Assembly (NCBI GenBank): GCA_965287045.1
Contig: OZ336878.1
Span: forward strand, 42,904,001-42,968,000
Length of the DNA: 64,000 nucleotides
DNA from: Carcharhinus amblyrhynchos
Taxonomy: Eukaryota
Direction: 5' to 3'
This document shows, one piece after another, positions 38,161 to 51,325 of the stretch. A model generated the notes under the pieces. The model worked only from the letters and a program-made list of their open reading frames with translations, searched no databases and had not been told where the DNA came from. Every line of letters begins with the position of its first letter. Position 1 is the first letter of the stretch. The translations under genes and the position numbers were made by a program.

Positions 38161-39507
38161 TATAAATCTAATATTTACACTATGCTCTTCTCTGCCATTT
38201 AAACCTATTGTTCCATATCACATGGACTATATTTTAAAGAAGAACTACCATTTGTACTCACAATGCTTTTTTTCTAAGCCACCCCATTTTCATGAACCAG
38301 TGATGCCACTGTCAGACTATCTTTCATACTTTCACCAATGCCAAGTTTGAGTAGACTATAGGACAATTCCACTAGTTGCCAGGCATGACTTGCCCTCTGA
38401 ATATCCCCAGTTGGGAAGTGCCTGGTCTCCAATTATATTTTGACACTTTGTTACAGAAGTGCAACTCAGAACGTCATTACAAAGTGAGTGAGAGAGACAA
38501 AGTACAATGATATGAACAAAATATTCTGAAAAATATATGCAAACGCAGACTATGGCAAAAGAACAGAATTAGTAATGATTATTTCTCTTGTGTGTAGGTC
38601 ACTAAAAGGCTTGAGCATCAGGAATACTTCCTTAATTACCTAGTGCAATAGGCAAAAGGATTTCAGAATGCTATTTTTGTTTTCAAGCCTGAGGCAAAAC
38701 GTACTGTATGACGATACCAAAGCCGTATAAAAATGAATTGATAGCATGTACTGAAGGGTGAACGTGGCCACACAGATCTGTACTGAGTCAGCTGGATAGT
38801 GGATTCTTCTCATTCCATCAGTCTAATGGATAGCAATTGAATTTAATTAGTAAAGCAGCTCAGAGTAACAGCACGCTGCGCAGAGTGAAATGAGAAGCTC
38901 TCTACAGAAGACTTGCAAAGAATGCCTTTTTAACTGCCAGTCTGACCAGAGAGGAAAACCAAATCCTGTCCTCAATTTATACAGCAAAATATAGAAGGGA
39001 GTCCTTCTCTCCTCACACTATTTTTTTAAAAAAGTGAAGAAATAGCAAGCAGACCCTCCTCTAATTTTGTTGCTAACAAAAGAGACTCAATTTTGCCTGG
39101 CTGGTCACAGCAAGCAGGCAAGTTCCAATGATTGATTATTGTGGTATCTCTGTATCTTTGACTTTGAACCATGACCTCTTTGTGTACAAAGAGGGTTGGG
39201 ACCTACCATTTGCCATCTGGAAAGAGGGACTGTGCACAGGGAAAAAGATCTAGTATTAATCATCCAATTAAGAATGAACCAAAATAGCGTACTTAAGTGC
39301 TATGAAATTCAGTCAATTTAATAATTTTCTGCTTTAATTACATTCTTGTACAGCCTGCTCTCCAGAACTAGCAGAACTCATTTACACATTTCCTATTACT
39401 CCCCACCCTAAAAAGTAAGCTCAAGTTTGCCTTTGCTCGACTAATCTGCAAGCACTTTAATTAGCCTGAATAAAAATGATTGTTCACTTAGAACCAAAAG
39501 AAGAAAG

Positions 39508-39800
39508 GACTGAATTCTCACCTATTGTGGGCCGTGGAACATTTTGCTAGACAAATTCACCAATTAGTCTAGTCACATACAGCGGTATTCTCTTGATTTC
39601 TGGGGACCAGCTATGCTAAAACACCTCTTTGAACATCCAGTGCAATTATGCTGAGAGCTTAAGTTTCTACCAGGAGGGGTGAGACTACAGGGAAAAAGTT
39701 ATCTTCAGGGGCATTCGGACTCCCCACCGAGGACATTTTTTTTGCGTAAAAAGAATGTTGTATTGATCTGATTACACTGCAAACCCACAATAGAACAGCA
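39508..39800. mobile_element. Degenerate MITE
   Basis: Subterminal inverted match ctattgtggg / cccacaatag, and a gactgaattctc start. Confidence 0.3.
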
Positions 39801-40737
39801 TACTTGATGCAAAGAAAACAGTTGCATGATACCCTGCATCTGTTGTGATCTCACCAAGGGTAATTTGGGCAGCATCCCTGATTAGCCTACCTAGGTTTTA
39901 TCTTTTCTTTCAAGCGCCAAGGTGTCCTCCTTTACAATATAACAGAACTTGAACTTTTTAAATTATATTACAAATGATTTTTTTTAACAAATCCTATAAA
40001 AATGTAGATGGTCGCTTCTCTGGAACATCACTCTGACTAACTTCCTACAACATCTAGAAGGCCAATTTAACAGCTTCATCCAAGTGATTAAGTTTCAGGT
40101 AAAACTAGCACTCAAGCCTTCCTGTACATACTGTAATGAAATCTTACAAATTACATCTACCAGGGAGTATGTGCAGAATATTATTATTTACACTGCATTT
40201 TGCTCACTGAATCACAGCTTGTTTTGACCACACTGCTTGTTCCAAAGTCACAGAGTCCTTTTTGTTTTCTTCACTTAATGCCACAATTTCTTTCAATTTT
40301 ATCCACATTTTTTCCTTAACATTCCCAATTGTTCTCAAAAAGTAACTTCATACCCCATAACAGTCAATGACGGGAGCAACCCAACTTGGAAAAACAAATC
40401 AGATTCAAACTAAATTAACTCTTTCATATCTCCTACGGGCTGGCCTCCTGAAAGACATCCACTTGCTTGTTTGGATATATTTGTATTTTCAACAAGGGTC
40501 TGAACATTAGGACTCCTTCAGAATACCAGTGAGTGAAGTTGGCATCCCGCCATCCTGATGTGCAGACATTATGAGATTGGTGTTACATTTCTTTTCCTCT
40601 CAGTTGAGATCAGTTCTGGTTGTATAACTCCTTCTGGCACCTGGCGCACTTAACCGCTGACTCTGTTTAAGCTTGCTTAGAGCCAAACTGAACCCAGTGC
40701 AGGTGGAATTGAATGACTTCAACACAGCATCAGGAGA

Positions 40738-40828
40738 ATACACCACCACATTCTCGAGGGCAATTAGGGATGAGCACGAAATGCTGGTCGAACCAGTGAT
40801 GCCCACATCATGAATAAACAAATAAATG
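40738..40828 (+). mobile_element. LINE 3' tail fragment (family of 128-232)
   Basis: caccaccacattctcgagggcaattagggatg...gatgcccacatcatgaataaac. Confidence 0.7.
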
Positions 40829-41169
40829 CACAATATTATATTTTGTACATAAAAACTTTGATGTTAACCAACTCATATGGGTTGTTACACTTATTGGGGA
40901 GTTTGCAATAGTGGATGAATTGTAGGGATAATAAATTTAAGAGTGAGTTTTAGATTGTAGTCCTATCGATCAATAATACTCAATACAAACTTTACAAGAA
41001 GTCTTGAACTTTCTCAAAACATTTGTCATTTAGGTTTGCATGCATTCCAAATGATCTAGATTGCTATGAGTAATCTATTGCAATGATATTAAAGCATCAC
41101 TCTGAAAGGGCCAAAGTGCAAAGCAATTGGTATTTGGATAGGGATATTGAGAATTACAAAGCATCAAAT

Positions 41170-41495
41170 GGTGGCATGGTCACACAGTGGTTAGCACTGA
41201 TACCTCACAGCACCAGGGTCCCAGGTTCAACTCCAGCCTTGGGTCACTGTGTGCAGTGTGCACATCCTCCCCGTGTCTGCATGGGTTTCCTCGGGGTGCT
41301 CCGGTTTCCTCCTGCAGTCCAAAGATGTGCGGGTTAGGTGGATTAGCCATGCTAAAATTGACCCTAGTGTCAGGAGGATCAGCAGGGTAAATGTGTGGGG
41401 TTGCAGCAAAAAGGCCTGGGTGGCATCGTGGTCGGTACAGATTTGATAGACCAAATGGTATCCTTCTGTACAGTAGGAATTTTATGATTCTATGA
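41170..41495 (+). mobile_element. HE1 SINE, near full length
   Basis: cagtggttagcact head, GGTTCAACTCC B-box, V-domain, atgattctatga tail. Confidence 0.9.
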
Positions 41496-44400
41496 TGATA
41501 ATAGATTACACCATTAAAGTCAAAAGTAGTTCCTGTCTGTCATCTGAACTCTAAGATTAGACTGTTTTACCTGGAGTTATGTACAGTAAACACATTTACA
41601 AATGTTTAATCTTTAGAAAGATACTAATCAAAAATGTTGCTATGAAGGACCTAAAGGAAAACTGATTTTATGATACATAGCCAAAAGGACAGTGATGTAT
41701 GATCTGAAGTACTTTTTGTTTTACCCACATTAAATATATTAAGTATATTTTAAAATCATACTTTTATAATACCACATGCTGGCAATCTCTAAAAAAATGT
41801 CCCAGCTTTCTTCTGTTCTCTGTACCACACTGTGTCAGGATATTACAATGCTACAGTAGCACAGCCCACACTCTCCTACCTGAAAACACAGTGGTAAAAA
41901 TGCAGCAAATTATCACAACGGTAACTAGTATTCAGTGGTACTTTCAGCCTTCGATACAGAACACTTTAAAAAAGATAATTAATTATAGGTCCAAATAGGT
42001 AAAAGCATATGGCAAAGTGGACTGTTGACAGTTTCCCACTTGAACCAATGTAGACAAATGAAAGAGGAAATGTCCTTTTAAAATGTAGCTGTGCAACTAT
42101 AAGGACCTAGAACTTTGGCATTATGCACTTTAAATAAAAAAGGTGCACATTTGAATCAGCTCCACTTCTCTCGCTCTCTCACATATACACATACTTAACT
42201 AACAGCCAGGTGTAAATTATCACTATGACCCTCATTAGGAAACTATTATCACAGTCTTTTGTATAGTTTTTTTTTGAGTAAAGAAATATTAACTAATGAA
42301 TCACCAGCTTTTTTTTTAGAAGGATATCAACAGGATTGTTGTCATCTGTAATGTTCTTCTTAATTTGGTCCAATGAGTATTGAAACTCCCTCAAGGGAAC
42401 AAATTTCTTACGTTCGATCGACAAATCTCATTCTCTTTTTTTATTTAGCAGCCATAAGGCAGTTTATTTTACCACTTTTTCTACCATCTGTACCAAGTTT
42501 CCCCACAGACCGTTGCAGCTGTCCAGTGTAATGTGTTCAGTTCCTTTTATTTTCTGTCCAAATAGCTCGTAAACAATTCAGCAATATTTATAACTGTTGT
42601 GTCCCTTTTGTTCTGACAATGCAAGGAGACTGGCCCTGTTCTTTTTAATAAAATATCACCTATCATGCGGAATATTGTCATAATATGTTGATACAGAGTG
42701 ATAGAAATTTGGATTTAAAATACCTTAAAAACTATGCAAATATATCATTAATTATTAAAACTCAAAAACAAAATGGAAATGCACAAGAATGAAACTCCAC
42801 AACAGAAGGCCACCATATGTCCTGTTTGTTTCAAAACATAAAAACATGAGATATGATGGCATGTCAACAGTTTTGCCCATCATTGCTAGCTGTAAGTTTT
42901 ACTTTATACCTAGTCAATGTTTCCAATTTGAAGTTATATGTAGCACCTATCCATTTACTGCTCTTCTAGTATCTGTGAAAATACTTTTCAAATAATCATA
43001 CAATGTATAAACTGTGCAGGGGAGAGGATGCATCTTCTCAGAATGGAAGCCTTTGTAAACACTGCAGGGTTACTTTGCCTCCCCAGCTGATGATCAAATG
43101 TAGGAAAAGTTGCACAGACAAATACTATGTAAAGTACAACTACCTTATTTTCCTTACCATGCAGCTCATTTATCTCATGTCAACAATGGTTGCACTCACA
43201 CGTCCAATTATGGGTCGGATTTTGCAGTTCTAATGACAGCAGGATCGTCATTACCACTACCCTGTGAAATTGACCACAATTTTTGGCATCCACACATACA
43301 CACACAGAATTAAATGCAAATAACCCAGAAGTTGCTATCAATAATTCCCCTCACCTCCATAGAAGTCTTCACAAATTTAAGTCTTAAAAATCACTTGAAT
43401 AGACATGAATTTGCGCTTTTTACATTAGTCTCACGGTTAAAAACCCTAACTCTTGAAAAATCTATGTCTTGTTGATTGTGGTACAACTGGGATTTTAACT
43501 GTATACTAAAGCAACTTCTTTGATGAGTAGATTTTTTTTTAAATTCTGTATCAAATTTCACCATTGTTAAAACATTCCATGGATTTTTAATTTGTTTAAA
43601 GTTTATAATACTTCAGTTTTTACCTTAATCCCATATATGTATGCCCTAGTCATCATTTTGCTGTTTGCAAAATGAAAAAAGCGAAGGATAAATGAGTGCT
43701 TTTAAGATATTAACATATATTGAATGAACAAAAAGTGGAGGATATTTTGAAAGCCTGAAGAGATCGAGCAGTATTCAAAAAGCAACAACAGGGATTTGGA
43801 GCATAATGAGATCAGACTTAAGTTCCGCAAACCCCAAATCCTGTCAGACTACTAAATTATCGATTAAAAGGACGTAACCAAAGGAAAATCCATGCAAAAC
43901 CTCTGGAAAAATTGAATATAAACTTCATCAATTCCTTTTCCCCCATGCCATCTCACTTTTTTTGTTGACCCCGCCCCCACCCCACTTACATCCCTCTTGT
44001 GCAAATGCAGCAGATTAAGTCTTCAGGTATCTTTACATAAACAATACCAGTGTTTTCTTTGGTCAGATGTGGAACGTAGCCCTTACTTGCTATTACATTC
44101 AATCTGAAGGAAATGGAATGACGGTATTTACTCTGTGCAATGGTGATCTAAGGCTACTTTAAGTGCCAGCTATGCCAATTTGCAACTTCTAACAATGGCT
44201 TAACATGACGTGATCATGTCACATGGGCAGATTAAAAACATCAATGGCTGCAGAATAACTACAGTACAGTTTAAGTTTTTGTTTTATCATATGAAGTGAT
44301 GTCAATAAAAATTAGCATTTTACTTGCACTGCAAAAGATGCAATAATTTCTCTTTGTTCCACATTATATGCAGCATTATGCTGAAAAGCCTAGACACAGC

Positions 44401-44515
44401 AGGGTGCAGATTTATAAGATGTAAATATCTTCTATGTAAATATGTTCATTATATCATGAGCCAAATAGAAAGATCACTGCATATGACTGAACTAGACAGA
44501 AACTATGATAGTCAC

Positions 44516-44638
44516 CTCAAAGTGCTAAAATTTTCCCATCCATATATACACTGAGAATGAAAGACTGGCAGGAGAAACGATTGGGTGCGGGGGTGGTGTT
44601 GGAAGAGTTGACGCAGGAAATACATCTTGCGTCAAAAA
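44516..44638 (-). other. Candidate exon (123 nt)
   Basis: Branch-like tactaag, tatctttcccag|TTTTTGACG...TTGAG|gtgact. Stops in all phases. Confidence 0.35.
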
Positions 44639-45235
44639 CTGGGAAAGATACATATGGATAACAAAATATACAATACACTCTTAGTAGCCAGAGCAACTCC
44701 AAAATTGAAAAAATTTTAAAAATTACAAGTCCCTGTTGTACATAAAAATTCTGTTTATTATTGAATAGTATGTGTCATATTAAAATAATATTGTATCAAT
44801 GTAAGCTTTGCACATAATTTATCAAAAGTTATTACTATTATCCATTTACAATATACTTGCTACTTCATTTTGGGTGAAACAGGAATTGAAGAGATCTCCC
44901 ATAGGCTGGTGCTTTGAGAGTGGGGCCATTCAGACACAAGTTATGGAAAAAATGTCCCAGAATAGCAAAATCTTTAGATCATTTAACAGAACACCAACTG
45001 GCAGAAAAACAATGGACAGTTGCTGACTTTGTCAGTGAATGGCTGATGTGCTCTACCAAATCTACTCAGCTACATTTACAATAGTACTAATAGACTACAT
45101 ACCAACATGGATATTCCTAATGGGCAGATTCAGCAGATGCATACCTTGCTTTAGCAGGTTTCATTGATGATGGTGACATGGAAGGTCAACATTTGTTTGC
45201 TTAGCTGACATTTACCTTAGAATATTTAGGCATAC

Positions 45236-45497
45236 CTTCTGGTTTGTGTGTTGGTGCTTAGAGAAGGCCATGTAGAGGACCCAGCAACAAGTGCAGCCTT
45301 TCCAAAGCTCAGTAAGCACAGAATGGACTCTCTTCCTTGAGTGGCATATCTTCTGTGGTTGCCGTTGGTTTCTCCTCACCAAAGGACTTAATTTCACACT
45401 ATCCACTTCATATCATCACAGCCTTAGGGCGTAATTCGGAAAAACTAGAAGATTTCAGTAGAGGCACGAAGGAGGAAGGTCCAGAAATGACATGTGA
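45236..45497 (-). other. Candidate non-coding exon (262 nt), two alternative donors
   Basis: atttcattgcatttttag|TCACATG...CAGAAG|gtatgc. Second donor AAG|gtaaat ends the exon at 45216. Early stops in all phases. Confidence 0.35.
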
Positions 45498-45608
45498 CTA
45501 AAAATGCAATGAAATGTGGGATTGCTGTTGAGGTGCAGAACAAGCTATACAATTAAAGTGCAGTTGAGGAATATGAACATATAACCTTATTCACAAGTAA
45601 ATATATTT

Positions 45609-46154
45609 ACAGCAACAACTTACATGTGTATAACATCTTTAAATGTCATAAGCTATCAAAGACATTTCAGAGAAGCATTATCAAACAACATTTGTCATTG
45701 TGTTTCAAAAGGAGGTATTTGGCCAGATAGGTTTGAAGGAGTATCTTAAAGTTGGAAAAAGTTGGAGGAGGAGCAGCTGAGGGCAGGTGCTCCAAATATT
45801 ATGACACAGGCAACTGAAGGCACAGTCAGCAGTTGCAGGACAATTAAAATCAGGGACGCAAAAATGGCAGAGTTAGAGGAACGCCGATATTTCAGAGGGC
45901 TGTACATTCAAAGAAAGTTACAGAAATAGCTGAAGCTATGAAGGGATTTGAAAATACACATGGGAATTTTAACATTAAGATACCATTTAACCGGTACCCA
46001 ACGTAGATCAGTAAGTTGAGGAGTGATGGGGTCAACAAAACTTGGAGCACATTAGGATACAAGCAGCAAGGATCTGAACTTTCTTTGGTTTATGGAGGGT
46101 AGAAGATGGGAAGCTGGCAAGGAGAGCACTGGAAAAGTAAAATCGTTAGGTAAC
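45609..46154 (-). mobile_element. L2 LINE 3' fragment, diverged
   Basis: acagcaacaactt tail. Collinear in reverse complement with the L2 at 55030-55845. Confidence 0.65.
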
Positions 46155-46159
46155 AGGAT

Positions 46160-46840
46160 TGGGGAGGGGTACTTTGCACCCATGATCGCAGTGAGTGTAA
46201 ACAGCAATGCTGGCACAAAATCTCATGAGAGTCAGGAAACAAGATTCTCGCTGGCGACTTTACAAGGTTCCCATCCCTCATTTAAATACATTGTAATGAA
46301 TTTGCATATCATTAAATAGCCTACCCATCATATGATTCCCTGCACGGAATAATCAAACCTCGCCGACATAACTTTCTCGGCGAGGTTCACAACAGTTTTA
46401 CGACAACAGGAAATAGTCGCAAGGATTCAGCCAGGAACATCAAAGCAATTATAGTCCCTGGGGGTACAGGATTATGCCTGAGCAGTGCCAAGGACACAGG
46501 TCCACATAGTGACATGCAAGGTTACCACAGGCAGTGTCAACCTGTACCAGACACAATGGAAAGGGTGGGCCCCTAGGGAATAAAGATTTGTTGATGGGGT
46601 TGTGCAGATGTTTCCATTGTGTGTGTGTGGTGGTGGGGAAGGGCACCAATGGCTTTGGACAGGGGACTTGGCATGACAGCAGTGAGGGAAGGAGAAGAAA
46701 ACTGGTAAGCTGCCAAGCCCCTTCCCCTTCCTTCACTGCCAGGAGGAGGGGTAACCTGGCTGTGAGGTGGCGGGGGGGAAGTGGGGGGAGAAAACCTGGG
46801 AGTGAAGGAGCTGGGGAACCTGGGAGTGAATGGGAGGGCG
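46160..46840. mobile_element. Harbinger-like MITE, truncated, G-rich interior
   Basis: atttaaatac...atttgcatat motif and cagtgccaa/ggcagtgtca units correspond to the reverse orientation of the 8595-9523 element. Confidence 0.45.
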
Positions 46841-46842
46841 GG

Positions 46843-46925
46843 TGACCTGGCTCGAAACATCAGCTTTGTTCTCTCTCCATAGATGCTTTTAGACTGCTGA
46901 GATTTTTCAGCATTTTCCATTTCTG
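46843..46925 (+). mobile_element. Penelope-derived pseudo-LTR fragment
   Basis: ctcgaaacatcagctttgttctctctccatagatgct...ctgctgagatttttcagcattttc. Confidence 0.6.
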
Positions 46926-47437
46926 TAACAGGCTAATCGAATGCTCAATGAGACAGAATTAATCAATATATTAATCACAATGGAGCCTGTAGGTATCAGC
47001 AATCACAACATGATAGAAATTCACATTCAATTTGAGGGTGAGGTGAGAAATGTAGGTCTAAGACAATGTTTTAAATCTAAATAAAATGAATAACGATGTG
47101 TAGACAGAGTTGGCAAGTGAAATGGGAAACTAGGTTAAATAGGGAAGAAAGTATTGTTGAAGTGCTATTAGCTTATTAAATAAAATAATGTAAACTCAAT
47201 ATGCTGTTTTAATTTTGTTTATTCAATTGCAGAAAATGCTTTAATGGCAGAGTGCGATGTGTTATGTTTGCATAGTATTTATATAGTATGTTATAAATGC
47301 ACAAAATGTAAGTTTTGTGGGTGCACATGAAATAATTACTATTTTTAAACTAATGACCATATGATTTTATGTTTTACTAGAGGTGAACCAGAGACAAATT
47401 TCCACTCTTGCATGAACAATTAAATGCTTCTTCCCTA

Positions 47438-47865
47438 TTTTTCAGGTTGGCACCTGTAACTAGTGGAGTGCTAGGGCCTGAACTATTGACAATCTATGTC
47501 AATGAATTGGATGAAGGAACTAACCTCATAATAGTTAAATTTGCTGATGGCAGATTATTTTCCTACCTACTTTGCTGTCAAGAGGAGGGAAAGAGTCTAC
47601 AAAGGAATTTAGATAGGTTAAGTGAATGGGCAAACATTTGGCAGATGGAATACAAAGTGGGAAAATGTGAATTTGTCCACTCTGACAGCAATAGAAAAGT
47701 AGGATTCTATTTAAATTGAGAGATTGCAAAACCCAGTGTAGTGGGATCCTGGTACATAAATCATGAAAACTTAATATGCAAGTAGAACAAATAATTAGAA
47801 GGCAAATGGAATGTTGGCATTCATTGCAAGGGGAGTGGAATAGAAAAGCAGGGATGGTTTACTAC
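47438..47865 (+). mobile_element. CR1 LINE RT fragment
   Basis: VTSGVLGPELLTIYVNELDEG...KFADG...LQRNLDRLSEWANIWQMEYKVGKC. Confidence 0.85.
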
Positions 47866-47869
47866 AGCT

Positions 47870-48297
47870 GGGACCATTTTAATTGCCTGGAGCTGGCCTC
47901 CCAGAGGCAGACTGGTGAACTAGCATTTTCAGAAAGCTTAGGAGGCCTATGCCTGCCTACCTGGGTGCCGCAGCAGCCACAGGCTGCCCTGTGGAGGGGC
48001 TATCCCCAACCCATTATAATGTTTGCCTGCCTGCAAAAGCCAATTTTTAATTTAAACTTCAAAAGCATTGGAGAGACGATGCCTCCATTTCAAAGCACCT
48101 CTCCCTTATTTGCCTTTCAAAATGGGAGGTTTCTGATTGGTCATTCAGCTTTAACAGCCCATCTGCCATCCTTAATTGGACTGAAAACCCATATTCAACC
48201 ATTAACTATGTTTTTTTTTCCTGTGGTAGCCAATGAGTGACCATTTTCCACAAAGTGTGATGGTAGGGTTCAAAAGACTGCAGGGAAAATCCAGTCC
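47870..48297. mobile_element. MITE remnant (right half)
   Basis: ccttaattgga motif and a TIR-like gggaaaatccagtcc end. Resembles the right half of 23141-24004. Confidence 0.4.
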
Positions 48298-48751
48298 TGG
48301 AATCTGCACATGCACAGTTAAACAGGGAAATCAGAAATGGCTGTCTATGTTTCACCATAGGGTGTGCTGTTTAACCCCTACAGACTGCAGTCAAGTAGAA
48401 ATCAATGAACTACTGAGGCCTTACACTTTTATGCCATTACATTCACTGTAAAAAAAAACGTGGTTACAGTTATATCTTTTGATCAAAATACAACTAAGTC
48501 TTTAACAGTGTATCATGTTCATAAAAGAATGACCTCTTCAGCCCGGAATTTTTTTTTTATTTGTGGAATGTCAAATTTATTCATTATGATTACATTTCCA
48601 CATATTTTTAAAATTCGTGTTTGTTTATCATATATCATGCGCATACCCCAATCTTTAAATTTTGCTGTCCATAAAATGGTATTAAAAAGTGAAGGATCAT
48701 CAGTACGCTTTACTTGCTGGTTTGCTTTCTGTGGAAGAACTAACTACTTAC

Positions 48752-48838
48752 CCTGCCTGGTGACATACTTTTTGATAGATGTCTGGAAATCCCCTTGGCT
48801 TAGTATCCAATGAAAATTAACACTGCAAAGGTGAAATC
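48752..48838 (-). other. Candidate exon (87 nt)
   Basis: tctctttgattag|GATTTC...GGCAGG|gtaagt. Open in phase 1 (FHLCSVNFHWILSQGDFQTSIKKYVTRQ). An alternative acceptor starts the exon at 48822. Confidence 0.35.
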
Positions 48839-49254
48839 CTAATCAAAGAGATCACCACAAGATTTTTAAGGGCAAGAAGCAATTACCACCTGTTGACCGG
48901 AAAATCAGGACCACTACAAAGCATTTCCAAAACACCAAGCTATATGGATGAAACTGCTGTAAGAATATATATTTCATACATACCAGACTTCTGAGCCTCT
49001 GGGAAAGTGCATACTGCCTGGTACAGTAGATGGAATTGCTTCGTGATCAAGTTCTTAGATTAAATAGGTACTTTGCACAATCTATTCTACTTTCTCCTCC
49101 TTTGGCAGACATTTGATGTCGTTGCTCAATTTTAATAAATTCTGTGGTATCCAACCTTTCTTTTCAAAATGAAATATCATTCTTACATCATTTATTATCA
49201 CCAGCATGCTCTACATGACACTCATAAGAATATATCAGCAAACATAAAAGAAAT

Positions 49255-49650
49255 AATTTGAACTTGTGCAATGCCCTTCACATCCTCAGAACGTCCCGAA
49301 GTATGTCGGTCAACAAAATGTTTTGAGAATTGTTGTAATTTAGGAAATGCAACAGCCAATTTCCACACAGCAAGTTCCTACAAAATACAATGAGGTATCG
49401 AGCAGATAATGTATTTCCAGTGACATTAATTGAAGGATTTATGTTGGCCACGACATCAGAAAAATCGTGGCTGAAAAGAAAAAATGCTGGAAATATCTTT
49501 CACAGATGTAATTGACCTGAAACGTTAACTTTATTTCTTTCTTCACAGATGCTGCCTGACCTACTGAGTACTTTCTATATTTTCTATTTGTTCAGAATTC
49601 CTACATCTGTGATATTTTGCTTTTGTACCAGGAAAAACTCCGCTGTTCTT
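49255..49650 (-). mobile_element. SacSINE1-like SINE interrupted by a Penelope pLTR-type repeat (about 49470-49625)
   Basis: acagccaatttccacacagcaagttcctacaaa...atgttggccacgacatcag, then gacctgaaacgttaac...cacagatgctgcctgacctactgagta. Confidence 0.6.
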
Positions 49651-50129
49651 CACTTTTTGCTCATTGAGTCTGATTGTCTGCTTTAATTCGCCCCATAAAA
49701 TAGGGTACTTACTGCTCCATTACTCTCTATTGTGTCTCAACACTCATTACAACAACCCTGAGGCAAATTGTCCATTGACGCTCCTATACAAGGTTTCCTG
49801 GATAAAATTCATGAAATGCATGGTCCTGTTACATTTTCTTTGAGTTGTCCCTTGTTGTTATACAATCTGATATCCAAAGAGAGGGGAAGAATAAGGAGGA
49901 ACATGTCATTAGCTCAGGAAAGAAGCTATATATACTGTTGCTCATAACTAAATTAATTCAGCACTGAAGAGTTGCATGATATACTGTAGTTGGCCAGTTT
50001 TTCATTAGCTTAATCCTGTTCTCCTGGCAAAGCTGCCTGTCTCTTTGCTTTCACCAACTAAGTCAAATATCCCATCTCTAGACATCCAGCATGCTAGACA
50101 GAACTGAGCACAGAGGGAAGAGAATAACA

Positions 50130-51325
50130 AACCAAAGCAGGAGTAAGCGAGTCATCTATTTGAGCCTGCTCTGCCATTCAATAAAAGCATGATTACATTT
50201 CTACTACAACTCCATCTTCCTGCATTATTCTCATATCCAGTAACTGCCTTGGTACCTAAAAACGTATCAAATTCGGTCTTGAATATACTCAAAGACTGAG
50301 CATTGGCAATTCTGTGTGCTAAAGAATTCCAAAGATTCACAACACTAAGTAAGTTTCTCTTCATCTCAGTCCTAAATGATCAATGCCTTATTCTGAGATT
50401 GTGACTCCATGTTCTAGACATCTCATCAGGGAAACAGCCTCTCAGCCCCCATCCTATCTAGTCCTTTAAAAATTTTATGTTTCAATGAGATAACCTACCA
50501 TTCTTCTAAATTTGACGAATTACAGGTTTAGTCTACACCATCTCTTTACGGGGGGGGGGGTGCGGTTTAGAACGGAGTTGAGGAGGAACTTCTTCACTCA
50601 AAGGGTGGTGAATCTCTGGAATTCTCTGCCCATTGAAGTGGTGGAGGCTGCCTCGCTCAATATTTTTAAGATGCGGGTTGATAGGTTTTTGATAGGCAAG
50701 GGGATTAAGGGTTATGGGGAGAGGGCGGGAATGTGGAACTGAGCCACGACAGATCAGCCATGATCTTATTGAATGGCGGGGCAGGCTCGAGGGGCTAGAT
50801 GGCCTACTCCTGCTCCTATTTCTTATGTTCTTATTTTCATTCCGGGAATTATTCTGGTGAACTTTTGTTGTAATCACTCCAAGGAAAGTATATTCCACAC
50901 TCTAAGCCAAGGAGAAAAAGGAGACCAAAACCATACATAGTACCATATGTAAAGCCTCATCAAGACCCCTCTATAATTGTAAAATTACATCTTTACACTT
51001 AAATTCCAATCCTTTTGAAATAAAAGTTAATATACCCATTCGCCTTCCTAAATGCTTGCTATGTCTACATGATAACTTTTGCGATTTTTGTACAACGGCT
51101 CCAAGGTCCCTCTGAATACCAACATTTCCCAGTTCTCACCCCATTTTAAAAATATTCTGCATTTTTATTTTCTCAAACAAAGTGGGGAACTTCATACTTG
51201 CCTACATTATATTTCATCTTCCAATCTGCAGTCCACTCTCTACCAGCCTAAATTCTTTTGCAGCCCTTTTGCATCCTCCTTTCACAAAATTAGGCAAAAA
51301 AGTAAGGTATCATCAGCAAACGTAT
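50130..51325 (-). mobile_element. Old CR1 LINE fragment split by a younger CR1 insertion
   Basis: ORF 50152-50364(-) VVNLWNSL...SLSIFKTEFDTFL. gtatcatcagcaaac at about 51310 is the FADDT motif on the minus strand. Confidence 0.8.
50546..50833 (+). mobile_element. Younger CR1 LINE 3' fragment, nested in the opposite orientation
   Basis: FRTELRRNFFTQRVVNLWNSLP...IKGYGERAGMWN* intact, CpG-rich, tail tcttatgttctta. Confidence 0.9.

Noticed and set aside
41170-41245. tRNA gene
   Set aside because: The A/B boxes belong to an HE1 SINE head. The same applies at 11179 and 54725, and to the SINE head at 31240.
42250-42659. Possible minus-strand terminal exon
   Set aside because: The acceptor has a poor pyrimidine tract and the peptides are unrecognisable.
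47776-48240. 154-aa ORF
   Set aside because: It spans a CR1/MITE junction out of frame.
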